Part shown: in pieces, positions 11,048 through 21,589 of the stretch
Position numbering within the stretch: position 1 is the stretch's first letter
Layout: each line of letters opens with the position of its first letter
DNA from: an uncultured Prevotellaceae bacterium
Lineage (GTDB): Bacteria > Bacteroidota > Bacteroidia > Bacteroidales > Bacteroidaceae
Assembly: GCA_902800585.1 (NCBI GenBank)
Contig: CADCEW010000001.1
Span: forward strand, 1,994 to 65,993
Length of the DNA stretch: 64,000 nucleotides
Direction: 5' to 3'
The notes under the pieces: model-generated
The model's input: the letters and a program-made list of their open reading frames with translations, nothing else
Database searches by the model: none
Told to the model about the DNA's origin: nothing
Program-made: the position numbers and the translations under genes

Positions 11048-13222
11048 TTATTTTAGATAGTCTTCGAAGTATTGTGTGATACGCTCATGTAGATGAACAC
11101 TGGCATGTCCTCGCATGTTGTGGGGCTCGCCAGGATAGACAAAGAAGTCAGGCTGGGTACCAGCCTCAATGCATGCTTTAAGGAATGACAGGCAATGTTG
11201 TGGAATGACAGTGTCATCGTTATAACCTGTGATGATCTGAAGTTTTCCTTTCAGATTCTTTGCCTTGGCAATGAGGGAGGTCTTCTCATAGCCCTCGGGA
11301 TTGGTTTGTGGCGTGTCCATATAACGCTCGCCATACATCACCTCATACCATTTCCAGTCGATGACGGGACCTCCTGCTACGCCTACTTTGAAAACATCAG
11401 GATAGTTGGTCATCAGGGAGATAGTCATAAATCCTCCGAATGACCAGCCATGAACGCCCAAACGGTCCATGTCGATATAGGGTAGGGAGCGCAGATAGTC
11501 AACACCCTTCATCTGGTCTTGCATCTCTATTTGTCCGAGTTGACGGAAGGTTACTTGTTCGAAGTCGCGTCCACGATTCTCGCTGCCTCTGTTGTCAAGG
11601 ATGAAAACGATATAGCCTTTTTGTGCCATATAGGTCTCCCATGAACGACTGTACCAATGCCATGCAGCCTCTACATTATGGGCATGAGGACCACCATAGA
11701 CATATATCACGGTGGGATATTTCTTCGTCGCATCAAAATCGTGCGGCTTTACCATGCGATAATAGAGGTCTGTTTTCCCGTCTGCCGCTTTGATGGTACC
11801 ACATTCAAAGGTAGGTTGCTGATAGCCTTTCCAAGGATCCTCTGCAGTCAGCAGGCGTTGTGCCTTCGCTGTCTTTACCTCTACAACGTCGATGTTACGT
11901 GGCACATCAGGTTCAGAATACTTATCGTAGAAATATAATCCACTTTCCGATAAGACACCATGATGGGAGCCTTTGCCATTATCCAGAAGCGTCCGCTTGC
12001 CTGTCTTTATGTCAACAGCATACGTGTTGTGTTGAATAGGATTCGCCTCATTTGAGGATATAATAATACTTTTGTCCTTCTTGTTGAAGCCTAAGACCTC
12101 CTGAACGACAAATGTTCCACTGGTGAGTTGTTTGACGAGTTCACCTTTTATATTATAGAGATAAAGGTGATTATAGCCGTCACGCTGGCTCTGAAGGATA
12201 AACAGGTTATCATCCCATGGAAAGAATTGGATGGGATGCAATGGTTCTACGTATTTCTCGCTGGTCTCCTGATAAAGTTCTGCTTTCTTTTCCCCTGTTA
12301 TGGCATCATAACTGACAAGGCGACAGTCATTCTGGTCACGATTAAGTTCAAACATATAGATGGTCTTGGAGTCGGGACTCCAGGCGATATTCGTGAAATA
12401 GACAGGGGTATTCTGATTATTCTGATTATTCTGAATAATCGGAGTATTCAGAAAGATGGTTTTATTAGTGGTGATGTCATAGACACCAACTGTCACTTGA
12501 TGAGAGGTCTCACCAGCCGTGGGGTATTTGTCTGGCTCATAGGAAGCAATGCGTGTGTCGATATCCACCTGCGGATAATCTGCCACCATGCTCTGATCCA
12601 TACGATAGAAAGCAAGGCGTTGACCATCAGGACTCCAGAAGGTGCCTTTCTCGATACCGAACTCATTACGATGAACAGATTGTCCATAGACGATCTCACG
12701 ACTGCCGTCAGTGGAAAGTTGATGCTTCTTGCCCTGACCATCGACCACGAATAACTGGTGGTCATCTACATAGGCTGTCGCACGTGATATGGGATTCCAA
12801 TCGTAAGCCTCTTGACCAGAGATACTGTCTTGCCAGACAATCTTCTTATCTTTGAAATCTACAAGGATGACTGCTTTCCTGTTGCCTACATGTACGATGG
12901 GTTTGTCTGGATAGGGAAAGGTAGCATTCATCAAATGACGCACGTATTTCTGGTCGTCACTTTTTGCCCAATCGTTGATTTGTTCAAGCGTAAAGAGTGT
13001 CGTTTTCTTACCTGTTTTGGCATCAATAACAGAACACTCCTCCACGTCAGTCTCTATTAACTGGTCTCCCCACCATGTCAGCCAGAGGTTCTGAGGTTGC
13101 AGATGACGGTAGTTCGTTCCACCGTAGTTGAGGTCTTCCAGTGTAAAAAGTTTGTCTTGGGCTGCCATAGGAAGGGATAGGACAAGTAGGGTAAGTAGAA
13201 AATTAATCCTCATTTTCATCAT
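11048..13222 (-). CDS. Dipeptidyl-peptidase IV, S9B family
   Basis: Signal peptide, beta-propeller with FWSPDG and YPTAG, GWSFGG nucleophile, DDTV Asp, EPH His; start is one of 13228/13222/13219/13213. Confidence 0.93.
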   Translation of the reverse strand: MMKMRINFLLTLLVLSLPMAAQDKLFTLEDLNYGGTNYRHLQPQNLWLTWWGDQLIETDVEECSVIDAKTGKKTTLFTLEQINDWAKSDDQKYVRHLMNATFPYPDKPIVHVGNRKAVILVDFKDKKIVWQDSISGQEAYDWNPISRATAYVDDHQLFVVDGQGKKHQLSTDGSREIVYGQSVHRNEFGIEKGTFWSPDGQRLAFYRMDQSMVADYPQVDIDTRIASYEPDKYPTAGETSHQVTVGVYDITTNKTIFLNTPIIQNNQNNQNTPVYFTNIAWSPDSKTIYMFELNRDQNDCRLVSYDAITGEKKAELYQETSEKYVEPLHPIQFFPWDDNLFILQSQRDGYNHLYLYNIKGELVKQLTSGTFVVQEVLGFNKKDKSIIISSNEANPIQHNTYAVDIKTGKRTLLDNGKGSHHGVLSESGLYFYDKYSEPDVPRNIDVVEVKTAKAQRLLTAEDPWKGYQQPTFECGTIKAADGKTDLYYRMVKPHDFDATKKYPTVIYVYGGPHAHNVEAAWHWYSRSWETYMAQKGYIVFILDNRGSENRGRDFEQVTFRQLGQIEMQDQMKGVDYLRSLPYIDMDRLGVHGWSFGGFMTISLMTNYPDVFKVGVAGGPVIDWKWYEVMYGERYMDTPQTNPEGYEKTSLIAKAKNLKGKLQIITGYNDDTVIPQHCLSFLKACIEAGTQPDFFVYPGEPHNMRGHASVHLHERITQYFEDYLK
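12410..12436. repeat. In-frame 9-bp tandem repeat x3 inside the DPP IV gene (encodes the QNNQNNQN loop)
   Basis: attctgatt attctgatt attctgaat read directly. Confidence 0.8.
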
Positions 13223-14606
13223 GGTCACGGAAACGTCGGTTGTTCTTTTTAAAAGGTTTCTTATAGTCTTTAGATTCTCTGTCCCTTGCTTTCTTCGGTT
13301 CCTTCTTCTCTAATGAACGGAATTTAAAGGTTCGGATATCTGCCTCTTCGTTCTCTTCCTGTTCCTCCAGTCGTTTCTTGAACTCACGGTTCTGTCTGAA
13401 ACGACGTTTCTCTGCCATTTGGCGTTTCTCCTCTTCTGTCTTAACGACACCACCTTCGGCACGGAACTCTCTCATCTTTCCAGTAAAGATCTGGTATTTG
13501 CGGAACTCACATTCCAGACTGCCATTATAGACAGGAATCTTGATGGAAGGTTTTAGTCCGATTTGGTCGAAACACTCCTCCCGATAACTGAGAATCCAAG
13601 CATCATTGTTCATAAACTGGTGTTTCAGTCGTTCTCCAATCATTTTATAGGTGCCTAATAAGTCGGGAGTGGAGATACGCTCACCATAAGGTGGGTTCAT
13701 GATGATGATGCTTTTCTCCTTTGGCTGTGTGAAGTCCTTGAAATCTGCTTCCGCTACTGTGATATCGTTCGTCAGACCCGCTGCACGTACATTCATACGT
13801 GCCGTATTAACAGCCTTGATATCGATATCATATCCATAGATATGATGCTTGAATTCCCGCTCTTTAGAGTCGTCATTATAGATTTCATCAAAAAGGTCAC
13901 GATCAAAATCCTTCCATTTCTCAAAGGCGAATTCTTTGCGGAAAAGTCCGGGTGCCATGTTGCGAGCAATCAATGCCGCTTCTATGAGTAATGTGCCACT
14001 GCCACACATTGGATCAATAAAGTCAGTCTCCCCATGCCATCCTGTCATGAGTATCATACCTGCTGCAAGAACCTCATTCAGAGGAGCCTCAACAGATTCC
14101 TGACGATAACCACGACGATGCAAGGATTCGCCACTGGAATCCAAAGAAAGGGTACATTTATCTTCTGCAACATGGATATTCAGGCGGATGTCCGGATTTG
14201 TCACGGATATATTCGGTCGGTTGCCTGTTTTCTCACGGAATTGGTCAACAATGGCATCTTTCACCTTATATGCCACAAATTTAGAGTGTCGGAACTCCTC
14301 AGAGAAAACGACGGAGTCTACTGCAAACGTTGTGTCATTGTCTAAGAATTCCGTCCAGTCAATAGTCTTGACTCCTTCATAGACGTCATCAGCAGACAAA
14401 GCCCTGAAATGCTTGATAGGTTTTAGAATACGAATAGCTGTATGCAACTGGAAATTGGCACGATACATTATATCCTTGTTACCCGTAAAGGAAACCATAC
14501 GGCGTCCTATCTGTACATTCTCTGCGCCCAGTTGCGTCAATTCTTTCGCCAAAACAGGTTCAAGTCCCATAAAGGTCTTGGCGATGAGTTCAAAATCTTG
14601 TGTCAT
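13203..14606 (-). CDS. rlmL: THUMP-domain 23S rRNA m2G methyltransferase (RlmL-like) with a charged C-terminal tail
   Basis: SLHRRGYR, APLNEVLAAG, DPMCGSGT and NPPYGER motifs. Confidence 0.88.
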   Translation of the reverse strand: MTQDFELIAKTFMGLEPVLAKELTQLGAENVQIGRRMVSFTGNKDIMYRANFQLHTAIRILKPIKHFRALSADDVYEGVKTIDWTEFLDNDTTFAVDSVVFSEEFRHSKFVAYKVKDAIVDQFREKTGNRPNISVTNPDIRLNIHVAEDKCTLSLDSSGESLHRRGYRQESVEAPLNEVLAAGMILMTGWHGETDFIDPMCGSGTLLIEAALIARNMAPGLFRKEFAFEKWKDFDRDLFDEIYNDDSKEREFKHHIYGYDIDIKAVNTARMNVRAAGLTNDITVAEADFKDFTQPKEKSIIIMNPPYGERISTPDLLGTYKMIGERLKHQFMNNDAWILSYREECFDQIGLKPSIKIPVYNGSLECEFRKYQIFTGKMREFRAEGGVVKTEEEKRQMAEKRRFRQNREFKKRLEEQEENEEADIRTFKFRSLEKKEPKKARDRESKDYKKPFKKNNRRFRDHDENED

Positions 14607-14625
14607 AATGTTATATAAATATGGT

Positions 14626-14657
14626 GCAAAGATAGTGCAAATCGAATAAAATACAAA
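14626..14657 (-). repeat. Promoter-bearing repeat unit related to the lysS-upstream element
   Basis: GCAAAGATAGTGCAAATCGAAT matches 63246-63267 at 19/22 positions; contains minus-strand TTTG (14654-14657), 19 nt, TATCTTTG (14627-14634). Confidence 0.7.
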
Positions 14658-14718
14658 GAAAAAGGAAACTTTTCTTTAATATTCTGAATATTTTGTGTAA
14701 TTTTGTACGCCTTAAGTA

Positions 14719-17301
14719 ATGAAGCCGATGAGGAGATTGATGAGGACATATTCCGTATTAATGTTACTGTTTTTGTGTTTACCGTCGCAAGCACAGGGAC
14801 TCATTTCTGGATATATCACTGATGTAGAGACCAAGGATGCCATCCCATCAGTGACAGTCTCATATAAGGGACATAAAGTTGCGGTAGTCTCAGGGCTGGA
14901 TGGTCGTTATGTCATCCAGAAGAGAGTGGGATGGAACCTGACTTTCAGTGCTGTCGGTTATGTGTCGCAGACGATAACGATAGAAGACAGGACTCCAGTC
15001 AAGATAGATATTAAGTTAGAACCTGACGTTAAATCACTTCAGAATGTTGTGGTGAAGTCGAAACGCAAACGATATAGCCGTAAGAACAACCCTGCTGTAG
15101 AGTTGATGCGTAAGGTGATAGAACACAAGAAACTGACAGACTTGTCGAATAAGGACTACTATCAGTATAATAAATATCAGAAACTAACGCTGGCAGGTAA
15201 TGATATTACCCCTGAGAAATTGCAGCATTCCATTTTCCGCAAAAAGAAATGGATACTAGACCAGATTGAGATATGCCCGTATAACAACAAATTGGTTCTC
15301 CCTATTTCCATTGATGAGACGGTAACCAAGAAACTTTATCGTCGTCATCCGCATGATGAGAAGAATATCATATTGGGACAGAATTCCTCAGGAGTGGGTG
15401 ACTTGTTTCAGACGGGTGACATTATGAACACGATGATGAAGGACATCTTTACTGATGTGAATATCTATGACGACCAGGTTAGATTGTTGCAGCGCCCGTT
15501 TACTTCGCCTATAGGAAAAGGTGCCATTGGCTTCTATCGTTTTTATATTGAAGACACATTACAGGTCGACCGCGATAGTTGCATCCATTTGCATTTCGTT
15601 CCCAATAATATGCAAGATTTTGGCTTTCGTGGAGATATTTATATATTAAAAGATTCCAGTTATCAGGTAAAACGCTGTGATTTGACGATACCTCGACAGA
15701 GTGATGTCAACTTTGTAGAGAGTATGCGTATCAACCAGGAGTTTACCCGACTTCCAAGTGGTGAATGGGTATTGACGGTTGATGATATGATCGTAGAGAT
15801 AGAAGTCCTTAGTTTCATTCAGCAAGCCGTTGTTGTCAGGAATACCCGATTGACTGATTATGCCTTTGATGAGTTGCCTGACCACTTATTCAAGGGGAAA
15901 AGAGATGTCAGGGAAGCGGATGCGATGAATCATGGCGACCTATTCTGGGCTCAGTATCGTCAAGTGGATCTGACTAAGGGTGAGAGTGGCATGAAGGACT
16001 TCGTTGAGGGCTTCAAGACGATGAAAGGCTTTAAGATTGTGATGTTCGGTTTGAAGGCGTTGATAGAGAATTACGTGGAGACAGGTAATCCCTCCAAGGT
16101 AGACATCGGGCCGATTAACACGATGATATCCACGAACTTCATTGATGGACTCCGTACACGTTTCAGTGCACAGACGACAGCAAACCTGAACAGACACTGG
16201 TTCTTCCTAGGTTATGTGGCTCGTGGCTGGAAATCGAAAAAGAACTATTATAAGGGTGAGGTAACCTATTCATTTAATGCGAAGGAATATACTCCCCGTG
16301 AGTTCCCTAAACGTACAATTACTTTTTCTTCCACGTATGATGTGATGTCTCCTTCGGACAAGTTCTTGCAGACTGATAAAGATAATGTATTCACTGCATT
16401 TAAGTGGAGTAAGGTGAAGGCGATGATGTTCTATAATCGCCAGATGTTGTCTTTTGAACGTGAAGAGAATTTCGGACTCAAGACTGCTGTCGGTTTGAAA
16501 ATAGAAGAAAATGAGGCCTGCGGTGATTTGTATTTTACTCCGATGAACATGTATTCCAAGTGGAGGGAAGCGACGGATATCCCACGTCCTTCAGTTAAAC
16601 TTCGTACTACAGAACTTCGTGCAGAGTTTGAATATAGCCCTGGCACGACCTTTATTAATACAAAACAGCGTAGAAAGAAAGTCAATCGCGATGCTCCCAT
16701 CTTTAATCTGAGTCATACTCTCGGTATTAAGGGATTCTTGGGAGGTGATTACAACTATAATTATACTGAGTTGAGTATCACTCAACGGATATGGTTGAAC
16801 AGTTGGGGTAAGGTAGATATGTATGTGAAGGGTGGCATACAATGGAATAAGGTACCGTTTCCTTTGCTTTGTATGCCAGAGGCTAATTTGTCGTATATCC
16901 TCCAGAAGAATACCTTCAGTCTGATTAATAATATGGAGTTTCTCAACGACCGATTCGTCACTGCCATCTTTGCATGGGATTTGAATGGAAAGTTGTTCAA
17001 CCGTATACCATTGCTCAAGAAACTGAAATGGCGTGAGTATATAGGTGTCAAGATGCTATGGGGAGGCTTGTCAGACAAAAATAATCCTTTCTTGCCGCAG
17101 AATGCAGACAGTCCGTTATTGATGGCGTTTCCTGAAGGATCACATGTGATGGATCCCAAGCGTCCTTACTGGGAAGTATCCGTAGGTATTCATAATATCC
17201 TCAAGTTTATCCATGTGGAGTATGTACGACGCCTAAACTATAATGACTATTCCACCGCTCATAAACGAGGTATTCGAATGACGTTACATTTTACATTCTA
17301 A
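14719..17301 (+). CDS. Carboxypeptidase-regulatory-like domain plus DUF5686 outer-membrane protein
   Basis: Signal peptide, ISGYITD...FSAVGY N-domain, YSRKNNPAVELMRKVI motif, C-terminal Phe. Confidence 0.85.
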   Translation: MKPMRRLMRTYSVLMLLFLCLPSQAQGLISGYITDVETKDAIPSVTVSYKGHKVAVVSGLDGRYVIQKRVGWNLTFSAVGYVSQTITIEDRTPVKIDIKLEPDVKSLQNVVVKSKRKRYSRKNNPAVELMRKVIEHKKLTDLSNKDYYQYNKYQKLTLAGNDITPEKLQHSIFRKKKWILDQIEICPYNNKLVLPISIDETVTKKLYRRHPHDEKNIILGQNSSGVGDLFQTGDIMNTMMKDIFTDVNIYDDQVRLLQRPFTSPIGKGAIGFYRFYIEDTLQVDRDSCIHLHFVPNNMQDFGFRGDIYILKDSSYQVKRCDLTIPRQSDVNFVESMRINQEFTRLPSGEWVLTVDDMIVEIEVLSFIQQAVVVRNTRLTDYAFDELPDHLFKGKRDVREADAMNHGDLFWAQYRQVDLTKGESGMKDFVEGFKTMKGFKIVMFGLKALIENYVETGNPSKVDIGPINTMISTNFIDGLRTRFSAQTTANLNRHWFFLGYVARGWKSKKNYYKGEVTYSFNAKEYTPREFPKRTITFSSTYDVMSPSDKFLQTDKDNVFTAFKWSKVKAMMFYNRQMLSFEREENFGLKTAVGLKIEENEACGDLYFTPMNMYSKWREATDIPRPSVKLRTTELRAEFEYSPGTTFINTKQRRKKVNRDAPIFNLSHTLGIKGFLGGDYNYNYTELSITQRIWLNSWGKVDMYVKGGIQWNKVPFPLLCMPEANLSYILQKNTFSLINNMEFLNDRFVTAIFAWDLNGKLFNRIPLLKKLKWREYIGVKMLWGGLSDKNNPFLPQNADSPLLMAFPEGSHVMDPKRPYWEVSVGIHNILKFIHVEYVRRLNYNDYSTAHKRGIRMTLHFTF

Positions 17302-17318
17302 TTTTTTTTACTACTATT

Positions 17319-17345
17319 GCAACTTTTTCATATCCCATTCCGTCT
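17319..17345 (+). promoter_or_regulatory. Putative ECF-sigma promoter (GCAAC-N17-CGTCT)
   Basis: AAC 17321-17323 and CGT 17341-17343 with 17 nt spacing; no TANNTTTG seen in this intergenic region. Confidence 0.5.
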
Positions 17346-17379
17346 AACAGGTAAAAATCAATCTTAAAAAGGAAGGAAT

Positions 17380-18126
17380 ATGAAAAAGTTGTTTTTATTT
17401 TTAGTGGCAGTTCTCGCCATTTCGTTCAGTGCTCACCTTTATGCCTTTACAAGCAATGACAGGGTAGAAGAGAATCGTCCTGTAAAGAGTTTCGAACGTA
17501 TTCGTTTACAAGGTTCTCCAGACATTAAGTACACGCAAGGTAAGACATGCTCTGTCCGTGTGAAGGCTCCTAAGAATATCATCAAGAAAGTGGAAACTCG
17601 TGTAGAGGGCAATTGCTTGGTAGTCAGTTTAAAGGATAACAGGGTATTCTCTTTTAGCGCTATTAAAAACGACGAGATAACAGTCTATGTGACATCTCCC
17701 GATTTGATTGGCGTGGAAGTGCAGGGCTCTGGTGATTTTGAGTGCAAGACATTGTTGGATACGGATAATATGGAAATAAGTCTGCGTGGCTCTGGTGATG
17801 TCAATTTTTCCGACATTATCTGTGATCGAATCAAAACATCCCTTGTCGGTTCTGGAGATATCGACATCAAGAAAGTAACAGCCCAGCAATCATCAGTTGA
17901 ATTGGTCGGCTCTGGTGACGTGGCAGTCAAACAATATAACGTGAAACAGACGCAACTGGAACTGAAAGGCTCTGGTGATATCAAGGTAGTATGTGACCAT
18001 TGTGATGTAGTCAACTGCCGCCTTGTGGGAAGTGGCGATATCACGCTCTCTGGTACTGTCAAGAAACTTAACAAGACCACTCGAGGTTCAGGAGATATTC
18101 ATACAAAAGGTTTGACAATTAGATAA
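17380..18126 (+). CDS. DUF2807 / GIN-domain beta-solenoid protein
   Basis: Signal peptide and repeated GSGD motifs. Confidence 0.9.
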   Translation: MKKLFLFLVAVLAISFSAHLYAFTSNDRVEENRPVKSFERIRLQGSPDIKYTQGKTCSVRVKAPKNIIKKVETRVEGNCLVVSLKDNRVFSFSAIKNDEITVYVTSPDLIGVEVQGSGDFECKTLLDTDNMEISLRGSGDVNFSDIICDRIKTSLVGSGDIDIKKVTAQQSSVELVGSGDVAVKQYNVKQTQLELKGSGDIKVVCDHCDVVNCRLVGSGDITLSGTVKKLNKTTRGSGDIHTKGLTIR

Positions 18127-18152
18127 TAATCTGTTTCCATCTAATCTTATAG

Positions 18153-18200
18153 TCAAAACGACTTTTTATATCGAATAATAAGTCGTTTTGATTTTTTTTT
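18153..18200 (+). terminator. Intrinsic terminator
   Basis: 12-bp perfect inverted repeat TCAAAACGACTT (18153-18164) / AAGTCGTTTTGA (18180-18191) followed by a T run. Confidence 0.7.
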
Positions 18201-18231
18201 TGTATTTTTGCACACGCAATTGTTCAAGGGA

Positions 18232-18873
18232 ATGTTTGTATCTTTAGCCGATAACCAAGATATCACAAGGGCAGGCATGATGTATGTCTGTCAGGAATTT
18301 GATGGTACTGTGATGCATCGGGCTGAAGATAAGACAGAATTGATAGAACAATTGAGACAACAAGAAGAGGCTGTTGTTATCCTTGACTATACCCTTTTCG
18401 ATATCAATGACGTGGAGGAACTGGAGATTCTTCACCAGCGTTTTCCTAAGGTACAATGGATATTGTTTAGTGTAGATCTCTCCAATGACTTTGTGCGACG
18501 GGTCATTGCTATCAGTTCGCACTTTAGTGTTTTGTTGAAAGAGTCTCCTATTCAAGAGATACGTGAGTGCCTTATTTACGCCCAACGCCACCAACGTTAT
18601 ATCTGTCAGCGGATGACAGAATTGTTGTTGGCTCCTCAAGTCTCGCAGATGGAAGAGGAAGTAAAACTGACTCCCACGGAGATGGAGATACTGAAGGATA
18701 TCGCTTTGGGCCAGACAACAAAAGAAATAGCGGAACGACGCTTCTCGAGTTTCCATACTGTGAACACCCATCGTAAGAACATCTTCAGGAAACTGGGGGT
18801 CAATAATGTCCATGAGGCTACGAAATATGCCTTACGTGCAGGACTTGTGGACTCTGCAGAATACTATATATAA
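18232..18873 (+). CDS. NarL/LuxR-family response regulator
   Basis: REC domain (ADNQD, ILDY phosphoacceptor, LFS, LLKE) and LuxR HTH (LTPTEMEIL...TTKEIAERRFSSFHTVNTHRKNIFRKLGV). The track's TTG start at 18208 lies in the -7 box TATTTTTG (18203-18210). Confidence 0.9.
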   Translation: MFVSLADNQDITRAGMMYVCQEFDGTVMHRAEDKTELIEQLRQQEEAVVILDYTLFDINDVEELEILHQRFPKVQWILFSVDLSNDFVRRVIAISSHFSVLLKESPIQEIRECLIYAQRHQRYICQRMTELLLAPQVSQMEEEVKLTPTEMEILKDIALGQTTKEIAERRFSSFHTVNTHRKNIFRKLGVNNVHEATKYALRAGLVDSAEYYI

Positions 18874-18895
18874 CATCTTTTTCCTCGTATTAGAT

Positions 18896-18926
18896 GCTTG
18901 TTTTAGAAAAAACAAGCTTTTTTTTT
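18896..18926 (+). terminator. Intrinsic terminator after the LuxR gene
   Basis: GCTTGTTTT / AAAACAAGC stem followed by T9. Confidence 0.75.
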
Positions 18927-18955
18927 GGTAGTATTATAAAAAAAGCGTATATTTG
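18924..18955 (+). promoter_or_regulatory. Sigma-A promoter for the sensor/GH cluster
   Basis: TTTG 18924-18927, 20 nt, TATATTTG 18948-18955. Confidence 0.7.
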
Positions 18956-18985
18956 CAGATACTAACTGAAATGATATACTTTCCA

Positions 18986-21574
18986 ATGATTAAAAAGTCC
19001 TACTGTATAGTTTTTCTATTACTCTTGGCTCCATGTGTCGTAATGGCTGTGATTCCAGATGTAAAGTTTCGTCGTTTAGATACCCGTGACGGATTGTCGA
19101 ACTCCCAGGTGAATAGTGTCATACGGGATTCCCACGGATATGTTTGGTTGGGTACGCAGTTTGGATTATGCCGTTATGACGGATATCGGTTTAGAACTTT
19201 TTATTCTTTTGAACGTGACACCATGACGTTACGTAGTAATCGTGTTGACAAGATTCAGGAAGGACATGACGGGTGTCTGTGGATAGATCATGGCATGAAC
19301 TATTCCATATATGATCCTGTGACAGAGAAAGTAAACCGTTCTTCTTCCATATGGCTTGCCAAACATGGTATCAAGGGAGGAGTGGAAAGTATGTATGTCG
19401 ACTCGAAGAAAAATTATTGGATTAAGACATACGATAATGGTTTCTTTTATTATGACCCTCATCGTAAATATATCAAGCAAATTCCTTTCGGCTATGGATC
19501 ATTGGAATTCTCTAAGGATTTTGGTATTACCGCCTATGCGGAAACCAAGGAAGGCATGCTGATGGTATCAAACCTTGGAGAATTGATGTGTGTGAATGGT
19601 GAGCAAGGCAAGGTGTTGTGGAAAGAAGACCATGTTAAGAAGAGTCTGAATGCTTATAATGATTATTGGGTTTATGTGGATTATCAGGGGGTTATATGGG
19701 TTATAACCCATTCTGTAGGTACCTATATCTATGTTCCTCAGGAGAGGCGTTGGTATACTTCTATGACAGAACTGATGCGTGCCCAAGGATTTACAGACGT
19801 ACCTGATGACATCATTGTATGGGAAGTCCGGTATGACCAGAAAGGCTTGTTGTGGGTGGCAACTGACCATATGGGCGTTTTGTTGCTTGATTTCAAAAAT
19901 AAGGAATGGCGTCAGTTTACGAATATCAAAGGTGATGAGACATCCTTACCGGATATTACGGCAAAACATCTGTATCAAGACCAACTTGGCAGAATGTGGA
20001 TAACTACCTATAAGAATGGAATAGCGATGAGTGCGGATGCCATGACCAATTTCAATAGTCTTGCATTGGGAGATATCAATGGTATTTGTGAAGACCGTGA
20101 AGGCTATTATTGGTTGGGTCTGAATAGTGGTGGAATCTTAAAGGTAGACCCACAGACACTGGAGGTTGTAGAGAAATATACAAAGCAGACCATTGGAGCA
20201 TCCAGTGATGTCGTTGTAGGTAATTATGCGGCAAGTGACGGAAGTTTGTGGTTTGGAACATGGGAAGGAGGTCTGTTGAAATACAAAGACGGACTGTGGA
20301 AGAACTATACAGTATCTACACCAGGTAGCGCTTTTAAGACTAATAATATTTGGGGTATTACAGAAGACTATTGGGGAAATATCTGGATTGGTGTTCTGGG
20401 TGGTGGAGTAGTACGAATGGATAAGCGTACTGGTAGCCAGCGTTCTTTTACAGAGGACAACTCCAACCTCAAGACAGTATGGACTAATAGTATCTCTCGT
20501 GCTTCCAATGGATGGATATTAGCTGGTAACTCAGAATATTGCGCTCTCATCAATCCTAAGACCATGAAGGTCATCAATCTGGCTAAACCTCACGATGACA
20601 ATACTGTTACCATTTCTTCGGCTACAACGCAGGCGGTGATGGACAGTCATGGTTTGTTATGGCAGGCATCACCTTCTGGAGTGAGTGTGTATGACAGGAA
20701 AGCAGGGCAAATGCAATTATTGGACATGAAATCCGGATTTTATGGCTCCAATGTTGTCGCACTTGCAGAGGATGACCGCCACTCGATGTGGGTAGTCACC
20801 GATCATGGTATTTCTAATGTTACACCACAGAAGGAAGAGGATGGACACTGGGTTTTTGCTGTGCGCAGTTATAATGACCGTGATGGACTGCAACCGGGTC
20901 CGTTCAATCAACGTGCTATTTGTTATACACGTACTGGTTATTTGTTAGTAGGAGGACAGGATGGACTGGATATTATCAATACCAGAAATCTGGATGACAG
21001 TGGAAATGATGAAAAGCCAGTATTCAGTGGTTTGGTCCTCTTTAATGATGAGGTTGAGGTCGGTGCTAAATATAATGGGCGTATCCTTTTAAAGAAAGCA
21101 CTGGACTTGGAACGTTCCATTACCTTGAAATCCAGCGAGAACCAGTTTACGATACAAATGGCATCAAATAATGGTGGCGCTAAAAACCATACCCGTTTTG
21201 TCTATCGTCTAAAAGGTTTTAATGACAAATGGATTAAAACGACATCCTCTAATTCTGACATCACATATATGGGACTTCCTGCAGGGAGTTATACCCTTTG
21301 TGTGCGAATGTTGAAAGATGACGGTACAATGGGCGAAACAGAAAGTCAACTGGACATTACCATAAAAGGTCCGTGGTATACATCATGGTGGGCATTTCTC
21401 ATATATGTGTTGATATTGGGACTTGCCATTTGGTATTGGTTGCAAAGAAAGCAAAAGAAACAACAGTTCACACCCCAGCAGGTTGAAGAGAAAGAGGAAG
21501 TACCAGAGGAGGAAGATACTCCAGAGGAGTGTGATGACGTGGAAGAGGCAATTATATTGGATGATGAGGAATAA
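18986..21574 (+). CDS. HTCS-type beta-propeller (Reg_prop) plus Y_Y_Y sensor, one TM, no cytoplasmic kinase; short acidic tail
   Basis: Signal peptide, DGLSNSQV, RYDGYRF, GD-type propeller repeats, Y_Y_Y (FVYRLKGFNDKW...LPAGSYTL), PWYTSWWA TM, stop about 45 aa later. Confidence 0.88.
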   Translation: MIKKSYCIVFLLLLAPCVVMAVIPDVKFRRLDTRDGLSNSQVNSVIRDSHGYVWLGTQFGLCRYDGYRFRTFYSFERDTMTLRSNRVDKIQEGHDGCLWIDHGMNYSIYDPVTEKVNRSSSIWLAKHGIKGGVESMYVDSKKNYWIKTYDNGFFYYDPHRKYIKQIPFGYGSLEFSKDFGITAYAETKEGMLMVSNLGELMCVNGEQGKVLWKEDHVKKSLNAYNDYWVYVDYQGVIWVITHSVGTYIYVPQERRWYTSMTELMRAQGFTDVPDDIIVWEVRYDQKGLLWVATDHMGVLLLDFKNKEWRQFTNIKGDETSLPDITAKHLYQDQLGRMWITTYKNGIAMSADAMTNFNSLALGDINGICEDREGYYWLGLNSGGILKVDPQTLEVVEKYTKQTIGASSDVVVGNYAASDGSLWFGTWEGGLLKYKDGLWKNYTVSTPGSAFKTNNIWGITEDYWGNIWIGVLGGGVVRMDKRTGSQRSFTEDNSNLKTVWTNSISRASNGWILAGNSEYCALINPKTMKVINLAKPHDDNTVTISSATTQAVMDSHGLLWQASPSGVSVYDRKAGQMQLLDMKSGFYGSNVVALAEDDRHSMWVVTDHGISNVTPQKEEDGHWVFAVRSYNDRDGLQPGPFNQRAICYTRTGYLLVGGQDGLDIINTRNLDDSGNDEKPVFSGLVLFNDEVEVGAKYNGRILLKKALDLERSITLKSSENQFTIQMASNNGGAKNHTRFVYRLKGFNDKWIKTTSSNSDITYMGLPAGSYTLCVRMLKDDGTMGETESQLDITIKGPWYTSWWAFLIYVLILGLAIWYWLQRKQKKQQFTPQQVEEKEEVPEEEDTPEECDDVEEAIILDDEE

Positions 21575-21589
21575 TATAATACGAAATAT

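Noticed and set aside
18208-18231. TTG starts at 18208 and 18953 from the ORF track
   Set aside because: Both TTGs are inside -7 promoter boxes (TATTTTTG, TATATTTG); downstream ATGs give better N-termini.
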